A DNA stretch of 24,000 nt. Origin: Bacillota bacterium. Its GTDB lineage: Bacteria > Bacillota > Clostridia > Acetivibrionales > DSM-1351. Position 1 is the first letter of the stretch, and every line of letters starts with the position of its first letter. This document shows positions 16,281 through 24,000 of the stretch, piece by piece. Below the pieces are notes generated by a model, which was given only the letters and a program-made list of their open reading frames with translations, ran no database searches and was not told the DNA's origin. Made by a program: the position numbers and the translations under genes. The stretch covers positions 23,664-47,663 of the forward strand of contig JAEZUC010000079.1 in the NCBI GenBank assembly GCA_023443515.1, given 5' to 3'.

Positions 16281-17501
16281 ATGTTAAAGAAAAAGTTTAG
16301 CATAGTTATATTAGTTTTATTTTTGCTGGCTGCACCGATTAATGCCGTGAGAGCCGCTTACGTTGTTCCACTTGATAAATGGAGTTTGGGAGATAGCTTT
16401 ACTCTGCAATACGGTACGGGAAATTCAACAAAGTACACATATGACGAAATGCAGAATCTGTATTTAAATAATTACTATAATGTTCAGAGCACAGAAATTG
16501 ATATAGAAAACAGCAATCTGCTTTACCATCAGTATTCTTTGGAGCTTGATAAGGTTAATAATGATATTGTAAACATAAAAAAACTCATTGAACAAAATAA
16601 GGACGTCGATGAATATCAAAAGCAACTGGCTGATCTAATAACACTAAAGGCAGAATTGTACGTGGAAAAGGAAACCAGTAAGTTTATGTATAATAATTCA
16701 GACCTGTATCGGAACATTAAACGTACTTCACAATTATCCTTATTCAGAGACAATATATATAATACGAAACTTTTGTACGAAAAAGGCTTGGTTCAGAAAA
16801 CACTGGCCGAGTATGCAAGATTACAAGCAAATGCAAGAGAGATAAACAAATCAAAAGATATGGCCTTCCAGTCAGATATAGACTTATATACTGCTGATTA
16901 TGACTATTATATCAGTCGGCAGGAATTACTTACCCAGCAAGTCAGCGCAAATATGGAGAATCTATTGAGCAGCAGCGGGATGGACACAGCAAGGGCGGTA
17001 ACAATCAGCGTTCCTGTAGCACCACTTAGGGTTATTCCACTCAAAAATTATTCAGACGTAGAAAAAAGCAGTTACTTTAATGATTATAAAAGTATGCAGT
17101 TAGGAGAAAAGCTACGGATTCTGGACGGAAAGATAAGCATATTGAAAGAATACTATAAGGATTCATCCAACGAGGTAAAGCTGGCTTTGAACGAAAAAAA
17201 ACAGGCAGAGCTTGAGGCAAGGAGATGGCTTGTTCAAAGAAGAGCTATACTTCAGAATTATTACTCTGCTTATAAAAACAAATATGTTGAAGCAGGAATA
17301 AAAGAAAAGAAAGCAAATGCACTCTACCACAAGTACCTGATAATAAAAAATAAATACAACTACAACCTTGCAACCGAGCTGTCTTTAAAGAAAGCTGAAG
17401 TAGATTACAAAACAGCAGTGCAAGAAGCCTGGGACATTTTTTGCGGATATGTGGAACAACTTGGTAAAATTGAAAAGGCAATAAGTGGAAACATAGAATA
17501 G
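16281..17501 (+). CDS. TolC-like / outer-membrane-efflux-like helical protein with signal peptide
   Basis: Signal peptide MLKKKFSIVILVLFLLAAPINAVRAAY, then about 380 aa of mostly helical coiled-coil with internal repeat-like halves (LYHQYSLELDKVNNDIVNIKKLIEQ ... MQLGEKLRILDGKISILKEYYKDSSNE). Operonic with HlyD. Confidence 0.6.
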   Translation: MLKKKFSIVILVLFLLAAPINAVRAAYVVPLDKWSLGDSFTLQYGTGNSTKYTYDEMQNLYLNNYYNVQSTEIDIENSNLLYHQYSLELDKVNNDIVNIKKLIEQNKDVDEYQKQLADLITLKAELYVEKETSKFMYNNSDLYRNIKRTSQLSLFRDNIYNTKLLYEKGLVQKTLAEYARLQANAREINKSKDMAFQSDIDLYTADYDYYISRQELLTQQVSANMENLLSSSGMDTARAVTISVPVAPLRVIPLKNYSDVEKSSYFNDYKSMQLGEKLRILDGKISILKEYYKDSSNEVKLALNEKKQAELEARRWLVQRRAILQNYYSAYKNKYVEAGIKEKKANALYHKYLIIKNKYNYNLATELSLKKAEVDYKTAVQEAWDIFCGYVEQLGKIEKAISGNIE

Positions 17502-17511
17502 AAAACTAGAT

Positions 17512-18159
17512 TTATTCTTTAATGATTATGCCCAACAGCTTTGACAAGGAGAGGGCTTGAAATTCATTGACTATGGCTCCCTTTAGTTCAGGCCCCTTGA
17601 TAAGCAGACCTTCCATTTTACAGGAAGTAAAATCAATGCCTTTTAGCATGGTTCCTGTAAATTCTACTGATACCAGAGTACATTGTTCAAATTCCACATC
17701 CTTTAGCTGAGCTTCCCATATGTAGCTGTTAGAAAGGTTTGAATTCTCAATGCGACTCCGGGTGATATATGAGTTTGTTAAATTTGAATACTGCATATTG
17801 CAGGAGCTGACAGATATATCACTGAGTCTTGTGTGAGAAAGTATGATGCCGGTAAGATTACAGTTGATAAATTCAGTGTTTCTGAATACCGCATCACTGA
17901 AATCCATATTTGAAATATCACAATCCCTGAATATAACATTGTCAAACACAAAGTTCTGCACATCACATTTATTGATACTGCATTTTTCAAGAATACATTT
18001 GCTAAATTCTACAGAAATGGAAGAAATGTCATTCAGACGGCAGTTTTTAAAGTGGTAGTTTTCAATATCATAACCCGATGAGGTTAAGTTCATAACTACT
18101 TCTTTCATATTTTCAGATTCTAAGAGGCTATCAGGTATTTTTGGTTTTTGTAGTTTCAT
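17512..18159 (-). CDS. Pentapeptide-repeat protein
   Basis: Degenerate pentapeptide repeats: CDISNMDFSDAVFRNTEFINCNLTGIILSHTRLSDISV...CNMQYSNLTNSYITRSRIENSNLSNSYIWEAQLKDVEFEQCTL. Likely ATG at 18157-18159 with GGAG upstream on the minus strand; track start 18201 is an extension. Confidence 0.85.
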   Translation of the reverse strand: MKLQKPKIPDSLLESENMKEVVMNLTSSGYDIENYHFKNCRLNDISSISVEFSKCILEKCSINKCDVQNFVFDNVIFRDCDISNMDFSDAVFRNTEFINCNLTGIILSHTRLSDISVSSCNMQYSNLTNSYITRSRIENSNLSNSYIWEAQLKDVEFEQCTLVSVEFTGTMLKGIDFTSCKMEGLLIKGPELKGAIVNEFQALSLSKLLGIIIKE

Positions 18160-18289
18160 TGTTAAATCTCCATTGAGGTACTTTACAAAAAAGTATAGCA
18201 TCCGATAAAAATTTATTCAACATAAGCTGAAATCTTTACTAAAGGTTTGGTCTATCACGTTTCAAAACTGTTAATTTACTAACAAAGTA

Positions 18290-18318
18290 TTGAAATAGCA
18301 ACTAAAAAGAGGTAAAAT
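18290..18318 (+). promoter_or_regulatory. Strong sigma-A promoter for the pgk-tpi-gpmI region
   Basis: TTGAAA (18290-18295), 17 nt, TAAAAT (18313-18318). Confidence 0.65.
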
Positions 18319-18425
18319 TACTTTGGTTATTTGAATGGAAATTTGGATATTATACATATTGCAATCATTTCCTAAATTTTGACTCATCTTTAAATAAATA
18401 AAAATATATACAGGAGCGTGAAGTT

Positions 18426-20366
18426 ATGAGCATGATGAACAAAAAAACAATTGAAGACATTGATGTTGCCGGCAAAAAGGTAATAGTAAGAGTTGATTTT
18501 AACGTGCCATTGGACGCAGACAGAAAGATCACTGATGATAAGAGAATAGTTGGAGCACTTCCTACAATCAAGTATCTTGTTGACAAGGGAGCCAAGACTA
18601 TACTTGTATCCCATTTGGGAAGACCAAAGGAAGGTTTTGAAGATAAATTCAGCATGAAGCCGACAGCTGTAAGACTTGGCGAACTTCTCGGAAAAGAAGT
18701 AATAATGGCTAAAGATGTTGTAGGCGAAGATGCAAAGGCAAAGGCTGCTGCATTGAAAGACGGCGAAGTTCTTATGCTTGAGAACGTAAGATTCCACAAG
18801 GAAGAAACAAAGAATGATGCTAACTTTGCAAAAGAACTTGCAAGCATGGCTGAAATATTTGTAAACGATGCTTTCGGAACTGCTCACAGAGCACACGCTT
18901 CTACTGCAGGATTAGCTGACTATCTGCCTGCTGTATGCGGATTCCTTATAAAGAAAGAAATCGAATTCATGGGTAAGGCATTGGCAAACCCTGCAAGACC
19001 ATTCGTAGCAATACTTGGTGGTGCAAAGGTTTCTGACAAAATCGCAGTTATCGAAAACCTCATTGACAAGGTTGATACTTTGATAATCGGTGGTGGTATG
19101 GCTTATACCTTCTTAAAGGCAAAAGGATATCACATCGGAAATTCAATCTGTGAAGAGGAAAAAATTGACCTTGCTAAGACTCTTATGGAAAAAGCAGAAG
19201 CAAAGGGCGTTAACTTGATGCTTCCAATAGGAAGTATGGTAGCTCAGGAATTCAAGAACGATACTGAAATCAAATACGTTCCATCAGATGCAATGCCAGA
19301 CGGATGGATGGGTATGGATATCGGTTCACTTACAATAGAAAAATTTGCAAAAGAAATAAAGAAAGCAAAAACAGTTATCTGGAACGGACCTATGGGTGTA
19401 TTTGAATTCCCTAACTTCGCAACAGGTACAAAGGAAATAGCAAAGGCAGTTGCAGAATCAGGAGCACTTTCAATAGTTGGAGGCGGAGATTCAGCTGCTG
19501 CAGTTGAACAACTCGGTTTTGCTGATAAGATTACACATATTTCAACAGGTGGAGGAGCTTCTCTTGAATTCTTAGAAGGTAAAGAGCTTCCTGGTATAGC
19601 AGTACTTATGGATAAGAATCCAAGAAAAGTTATTGCTGCTGGTAACTGGAAAATGAATAAGACTGCTTCAGAAGCTGTTGCATTTGTAAATGCATTAAAG
19701 CCTGCTGTTGCTGATGCAAAAAATGAAGTAGTAGTTGGTGTACCATTTATATGCCTGCCTGGAGTTGTTGAAGCTGCCAAGGGTTCAAACATAAAGGTTG
19801 CAGCACAGAACATGCACTGGGAAGAAAACGGAGCATTTACAGGAGAAGTTTCCGGCCCGATGCTTGCAGACCTTGGTGTTGACTATGTAATAATCGGTCA
19901 CTCTGAAAGAAGAGAGTATTTCGGAGAAACCAACGAAATGATAAACAAAAAGGCTCATGCAATATTCAAATATGGTATGACTCCGATCGTTTGCTGCGGT
20001 GAAACACTCACTCAGAGAGAACAGGGAGTTACAGCTGACCATATCAGATATCAGATAAAGGTAGCATTACTCGACTTGACTGCTGAGCAGGTTAGCAAGC
20101 TAGTTATTGCTTACGAACCAATCTGGGCAATCGGAACAGGTAAGACTGCAACAAATGAACAGGCAAATGAAGTTTGCGCAATTATCAGAGAATTAGTTGT
20201 TGAGCTTTATGGCTCAGAAGTAGCTGAACAGGTTAGAATCCAATACGGCGGAAGCGTAAATGCTAAGAATGCAGCTGACTTGTTTGCAATGTCTGATATA
20301 GACGGCGGACTTGTTGGTGGAGCAAGCTTAAAGGTTGAGGATTTCTCAATAATAGCCAAAGCGTAA
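18426..20366 (+). CDS. pgk/tpiA: Fused phosphoglycerate kinase - triosephosphate isomerase
   Basis: PGK: [46 protein letters not shown]...[14 protein letters not shown]. It continues without a stop into TPI: [67 protein letters not shown]. Confidence 0.97.
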   Translation: MSMMNKKTIEDIDVAGKKVIVRVDFNVPLDADRKITDDKRIVGALPTIKYLVDKGAKTILVSHLGRPKEGFEDKFSMKPTAVRLGELLGKEVIMAKDVVGEDAKAKAAALKDGEVLMLENVRFHKEETKNDANFAKELASMAEIFVNDAFGTAHRAHASTAGLADYLPAVCGFLIKKEIEFMGKALANPARPFVAILGGAKVSDKIAVIENLIDKVDTLIIGGGMAYTFLKAKGYHIGNSICEEEKIDLAKTLMEKAEAKGVNLMLPIGSMVAQEFKNDTEIKYVPSDAMPDGWMGMDIGSLTIEKFAKEIKKAKTVIWNGPMGVFEFPNFATGTKEIAKAVAESGALSIVGGGDSAAAVEQLGFADKITHISTGGGASLEFLEGKELPGIAVLMDKNPRKVIAAGNWKMNKTASEAVAFVNALKPAVADAKNEVVVGVPFICLPGVVEAAKGSNIKVAAQNMHWEENGAFTGEVSGPMLADLGVDYVIIGHSERREYFGETNEMINKKAHAIFKYGMTPIVCCGETLTQREQGVTADHIRYQIKVALLDLTAEQVSKLVIAYEPIWAIGTGKTATNEQANEVCAIIRELVVELYGSEVAEQVRIQYGGSVNAKNAADLFAMSDIDGGLVGGASLKVEDFSIIAKA

Positions 20367-20413
20367 ATCTTACCAGTCTGTAAAAAAATTAGCTAAAGAA
20401 TAATGAATTATCT

Positions 20414-20439
20414 GACCCTCCGGTTAGTACTGGAGGGTC
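20414..20439. repeat. Hairpin between fused pgk/tpi and gpmI, without T tract
   Basis: GACCCTCC (20414-20421) / GGAGGGTC (20432-20439), 10-nt loop. Confidence 0.6.
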
Positions 20440-20474
20440 TAACTATAGTAATAATAAAAGAGGGAGATAACCAT

Positions 20475-22010
20475 ATGGAAAAGAAATTAGTAACATTAAT
20501 GATCCTTGATGGCTTCGGAAACAACCCGAAACAAGAAGGAAATGCCATACAGGCTGCAAAAAAGCCAAATCTGGACAGCTATCTTACTAAGTATACAAAC
20601 ACCATTGTTCATACAAGCGGTATGGATGTAGGACTGCCTGAGGGTCAGATGGGAAACTCTGAGGTTGGTCATACCAATATCGGTGCAGGAAGAATTGTTT
20701 ATCAGGAATTAACAAGAATAACTAAATCAATACAGGATGGGGATTTCTTTGAGAAAGAGGAATTCTTAAAGGCAGTAGAAAACTGCAAAAAGAATAATTC
20801 CAAACTTCATCTGTTCGGACTTTTATCTGATGGTGGAGTACACAGCCACAACACACATTTATATGGTTTAGTTGAAATGGCGAAAAGGAATGGCCTGAAA
20901 GATGTATTTATACACTGCTTCTACGATGGAAGAGATGTTCCTCCGGATAGCTCAAAGATATACACAGAAGAGCTTGAAGCAAAACTGAAAGAAATCGGAG
21001 TAGGTAAAATTGCGTCTGTAATGGGCAGATACTATTCCATGGACAGAGACAACCGCTGGGAAAGAGTACAGCTTGCATATGATGTAATGGTAACCGGAAA
21101 AGGTTTGACTGCAAATTCTGCAGTTGAAGCAGTAGAGTCATCTTTTTCCAAAAAAGAATTCGATGAATTTGTAAAGCCTACTGCAATAATTGAAAACGGT
21201 AAACCCGTTGCTACAATAGATGCAAACGATTCAGTAATATTCTTCAACTTCAGACCTGACAGGGCAAGAGAGATAACAAGAACCTTTGTTGACCCTGAAT
21301 TCAAAGGCTTTGAAAGAGAAAAAGGCTTCTTCCCTCTATTCTTTGTTTGTATGACACAGTATGACAAGACAATGCCGAACGTTGTGGTTGCGTTCAAGCC
21401 TCAGACTTTGGAAAATACCTTCGGAGAATACGTAAGCAGACTTGGCTATAGACAGCTTAGAATAGCAGAAACAGAGAAGTATGCGCATGTTACCTTCTTC
21501 TTCAACGGTGGTGTAGAAACACAGTACGAAGGAGAAGACAGGGCACTTATACCTTCACCGAAAGTAGCTACTTACGACTTAAAACCTGACATGAGTGCAT
21601 ATGAAGTTGCTGAAGAAGCGGTTAAGAGAATTGATTCAAAAGAATACGATGTTATAATTCTTAACTTTGCTAACTGTGACATGGTAGGACATACGGGTGT
21701 ATTTGATGCTGCAAAGGCTGCTGTTGAAGCAGTTGATGAATGTGTAGGAAAAGTAGTTGATGCTGTTACTGCACAGGGTGGGGTGGTATTGATAACTGCC
21801 GACCACGGAAATGCAGAGCAGATGGTTGATTATGATAACGGAGGAGCATTCACTGCACATACTACAAACGTAGTACCACTTATAGGTATTGGTTTGGGAA
21901 ATGCAACTCTTAAAGAAGGAAGACTTGCTGACTTGGCACCAACTATACTTGACATAATGGGTGTTGATAAGCCTGCTGAAATGACAGGAACTTCACTTCT
22001 ACAGAAATAA
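20475..22010 (+). CDS. gpmI: 2,3-bisphosphoglycerate-independent phosphoglycerate mutase
   Basis: MEKKLVTLMILDGFGNNPKQEGNAI, GQMGNSEVGHTNIGAGRIVYQELTRI, FHCFYDGRDVPP-type segment, VVLITADHGNAEQMVDY, AHTTNVVPLI. SD AGGGAG precedes ATG20475; track start 20403 is too long. Confidence 0.96.
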   Translation: MEKKLVTLMILDGFGNNPKQEGNAIQAAKKPNLDSYLTKYTNTIVHTSGMDVGLPEGQMGNSEVGHTNIGAGRIVYQELTRITKSIQDGDFFEKEEFLKAVENCKKNNSKLHLFGLLSDGGVHSHNTHLYGLVEMAKRNGLKDVFIHCFYDGRDVPPDSSKIYTEELEAKLKEIGVGKIASVMGRYYSMDRDNRWERVQLAYDVMVTGKGLTANSAVEAVESSFSKKEFDEFVKPTAIIENGKPVATIDANDSVIFFNFRPDRAREITRTFVDPEFKGFEREKGFFPLFFVCMTQYDKTMPNVVVAFKPQTLENTFGEYVSRLGYRQLRIAETEKYAHVTFFFNGGVETQYEGEDRALIPSPKVATYDLKPDMSAYEVAEEAVKRIDSKEYDVIILNFANCDMVGHTGVFDAAKAAVEAVDECVGKVVDAVTAQGGVVLITADHGNAEQMVDYDNGGAFTAHTTNVVPLIGIGLGNATLKEGRLADLAPTILDIMGVDKPAEMTGTSLLQK

Positions 22011-22052
22011 AGAGCATAATTGTTCAAAGTGCTGTTATAACTACATTTCGAG

Positions 22053-22094
22053 AAAATCCACCGGTATGAAGATAAAAAAAGGTGGATTTTTTTT
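22053..22094 (+). terminator. Rho-independent terminator after gpmI
   Basis: AAAATCCACC ... GGTGGATTTTTTTT. Confidence 0.9.
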
Positions 22095-22157
22095 AATCTT
22101 TTGGAGGATAATTTTACCATATATAGAATATATTATGTAAAAGAGGAGGTGCACTAA

Positions 22158-23234
22158 ATGAAAAAACCCTCGAAAGTGATTTTGCATCTTAAAAAGTTTG
22201 CAAACAATTACAAAAAGCTGGGTTCTGTGCTTTATTACTTTTATAGATTGCTGAAATCTTCGTATTTCAGAACCTTTGTAAACTTTCTTTTTACATTTGT
22301 ATTTGCTTTTCAGATGCAACTTACCGACTTTAAGACATATAATATCTATGAAAAGGAATTTTACCGGGATAAACTGCATATACTGGTAACATTCGTGTTT
22401 ATTATCGGGTACAATTGGGTAACCTTAATGATAGATAATTACCAGAAATACAAGAATCGCAGGGTAAAGTGCCTCAAAGAAGTAATAAACAGGGAAGCCG
22501 TAATAAATCAGACAATTAGCAGAAAATTGAACGGCATAACCAGAAGTGTCGGTGTTAAAGCAGTTATGATACCTTCAAAAGCCGACTTCAGCACTCTCAG
22601 CTATCAGGATATTGCCTCACTGGTATGCCACAACATTTATGATGCTATAAAAATTTCAACAGAAACAGACACTCATCAGGTTTCTCTTATACATAGATTC
22701 AAAGAGAAAAAAACCGGAAGAGAATACGTTAAAATGATTAGCTATGGTAATTCGAATCAGATTTCGCCAAGCATATTTGATAAGCACTTCTATCTTGACA
22801 GTGATCTGAATTATTATCATGTAAAAATATTTAATGAACAGCAGAACGATATTTATATATTAAAAAATTCCGGCGAGATAAAAAAAGAATTTGTATATGG
22901 TAAAAAGTGCACCGAAAAAAATATCGAACAATACATTGCTATCCCTGTATTCTGCGAAAATGAAGGAATAGTTTCACTTTTGCAAATTGAGATATCAGAA
23001 AAACAAATGTTGGGAAGAACTACTGAAGAAATAAGAGAATTTGTAAAGCCATTTATGGCCTATGTACATATCCTTATGGTAAATTACTACAGGGATGAAC
23101 TGTTTAATGTATTAATTAAGAAATTTGATATTCTAAAGAAAAGTAAAGATAGAAGAAAGAGTTATCTGGAAGGGATGAGTAAGTATGAGCAACACTATGG
23201 GGAAAATAATTCATATATTGCCCCAAGGGACTAA
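22158..23234 (+). CDS. Hypothetical membrane protein with two TM segments and a possible GAF-like cytosolic domain
   Basis: TM segments FVNFLFTFVFAFQM and LHILVTFVFIIGYNWVTLMI, then a soluble domain ending IAIPVFCENEGIVSLLQIEISEK...EEIREFVKPFMAYVHILM. AGAGGAGGTG SD. Confidence 0.65.
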   Translation: MKKPSKVILHLKKFANNYKKLGSVLYYFYRLLKSSYFRTFVNFLFTFVFAFQMQLTDFKTYNIYEKEFYRDKLHILVTFVFIIGYNWVTLMIDNYQKYKNRRVKCLKEVINREAVINQTISRKLNGITRSVGVKAVMIPSKADFSTLSYQDIASLVCHNIYDAIKISTETDTHQVSLIHRFKEKKTGREYVKMISYGNSNQISPSIFDKHFYLDSDLNYYHVKIFNEQQNDIYILKNSGEIKKEFVYGKKCTEKNIEQYIAIPVFCENEGIVSLLQIEISEKQMLGRTTEEIREFVKPFMAYVHILMVNYYRDELFNVLIKKFDILKKSKDRRKSYLEGMSKYEQHYGENNSYIAPRD

Positions 23235-23382
23235 TGATAACGCACATAATACCGGATTTTTGCATGAAGACACGGATTTTATTCAGGATCATGGTACTTT
23301 TGAAGACAGAAGACAACAGCTTATAAGCGAGTATGAAAGGGAACTGAGGATATTTAAAAATAATTCTATGCTAATGACATAG
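23185..23382 (+). CDS. Small hypothetical protein (65 aa) overlapping the 3' end of the preceding ORF
   Basis: MSNTMGKIIHILPQGTNDNAHNTGFLHEDTDFIQDHGTFEDRRQQLISEYERELRIFKNNSMLMT. 50-nt overlap, frame-shifted, weak SD GGAAGG upstream. Confidence 0.5.
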   Translation: MSNTMGKIIHILPQGTNDNAHNTGFLHEDTDFIQDHGTFEDRRQQLISEYERELRIFKNNSMLMT

Positions 23383-23403
23383 AAAAAAATAATAATTATA
23401 TTT

Positions 23404-23438
23404 ACTCCCGAGTGACTTTCCGGGAGTTTTTATTTTTT
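23404..23438 (+). terminator. Terminator between convergent genes
   Basis: ACTCCCG (23404-23410) / CGGGAGT (23421-23427), then TTTTATTTTTT. Confidence 0.75.
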
Positions 23439-23789
23439 CTTAGGAGAGTTGTTGCTGGATTTGTATTTAGTTTTTATTAAGTCTATATATTCCTCAACCT
23501 TTTTCAGAGCTTCATCAGGAAGACCCTTAACATCAAGATTATAAGGGATTTTTGATTCTGCTACAAAATCATCGGAAAAATGTCTGATTTCGGTACGACC
23601 AACAAGATAATCCACAGACACATTAAAGTAATCAGCGATGGTTTTTAAAACATTTTCATCTTTTGGAAATCTGTCATTAGCCTCATAATAACCAATAACT
23701 CTGGCAGAAACGTTTATTAATTCACCCAAATCCTTTTGGGTAATATCACGTTCTTCCCTTAGTTCTCTTAATCTGTCACCAAATCTCAT
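23430..23789 (-). CDS. Xre/Cro-family transcriptional regulator
   Basis: MRFGDRLRELREERDITQKDLGELINVSARVIGYYEANDRFPKDENVLKTIADYFNVSVDYLVGRTE. GGAGGC SD upstream of ATG at 23789; track start 23822 is a TTG extension. Confidence 0.92.
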   Translation of the reverse strand: MRFGDRLRELREERDITQKDLGELINVSARVIGYYEANDRFPKDENVLKTIADYFNVSVDYLVGRTEIRHFSDDFVAESKIPYNLDVKGLPDEALKKVEEYIDLIKTKYKSSNNSPKKK

Positions 23790-23866
23790 AAATCTGCCTC
23801 CAAATATAAATATAACAGGCAAAAAAAATCATTTGATAAAATAGAATAAAATATTCTATAAAAATG

Positions 23867-23895
23867 TTGAAATCGAACAAAATATGCGATATAAT
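23867..23895 (+). promoter_or_regulatory. Strong sigma-A-like promoter reading out of the right edge
   Basis: TTGAAA (23867-23872), 17 nt, TATAAT (23890-23895), in the region upstream of and divergent to the Xre gene. Confidence 0.55.
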
Positions 23896-24000
23896 AATAG
23901 TGTAAGGAAAAACCTCAAATTTATACTTGAGATTTATTCTTTGCAAAGAAGGTCAAGAAATCCGTTTTACCTGATGATATCCTTTTATATGAGGTGATTA

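Noticed and set aside
18365-18896. Two overlapping antisense ORFs (160 and 168 aa) opposite the PGK domain
   Set aside because: Shadow ORFs of the biased codon usage of pgk; no motifs.
19244-20042. 189-aa and 85-aa antisense ORFs opposite PGK/TPI
   Set aside because: Length explained by strong codon bias in glycolytic genes; Ser/Pro-rich shadow translation.
1-24000. CRISPR arrays, transposons/IS elements, prophage genes, tRNA/rRNA genes
   Set aside because: No regularly spaced repeats, transposase/integrase motifs, phage structural genes or tRNA/rRNA-like sequences seen by eye; low-level matches cannot be excluded without tools such as tRNAscan-SE or an ISfinder search.

Overview
The window looks like a chromosomal segment of a low-GC clostridial Firmicute, probably Ruminiclostridium-like (inferred from protein style only). 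Three parts stand out. (1) fabV (466-1653), preceded by a truncated secreted-type ORF. (2) A ~16 kb accessory locus (about 1.87-17.5 kb) with the parts of a peptide-signalling and peptide-secretion system: a short SecA-family ATPase without the usual C-terminal metal-binding tail; a LytTR response regulator with an AgrC/ComD-like GHKL kinase; an unannotated 51-aa double-glycine-leader peptide gene directly after a strong terminator hairpin; a small multipass membrane protein; two paralogous GyrI-like-fold proteins; an alpha/beta hydrolase with a second kinase and a LuxR-type regulator; two adjacent double-glycine-type precursor peptides; a small membrane protein; a C39-peptidase ABC exporter; a long HlyD-type adaptor; and a TolC-like coiled-coil protein with a signal peptide. 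(3) A convergent pentapeptide-repeat gene, then glycolytic genes with PGK and TPI fused in one ORF, gpmI, a two-TM cytosolic-domain protein overlapping a 65-aa ORF, and a convergent Xre regulator. The best candidate for a little-described system is the combined SecA-like / GG-peptide / C39-ABC / HlyD / TolC-like locus. Its function is inferred; only the component motifs are seen directly.
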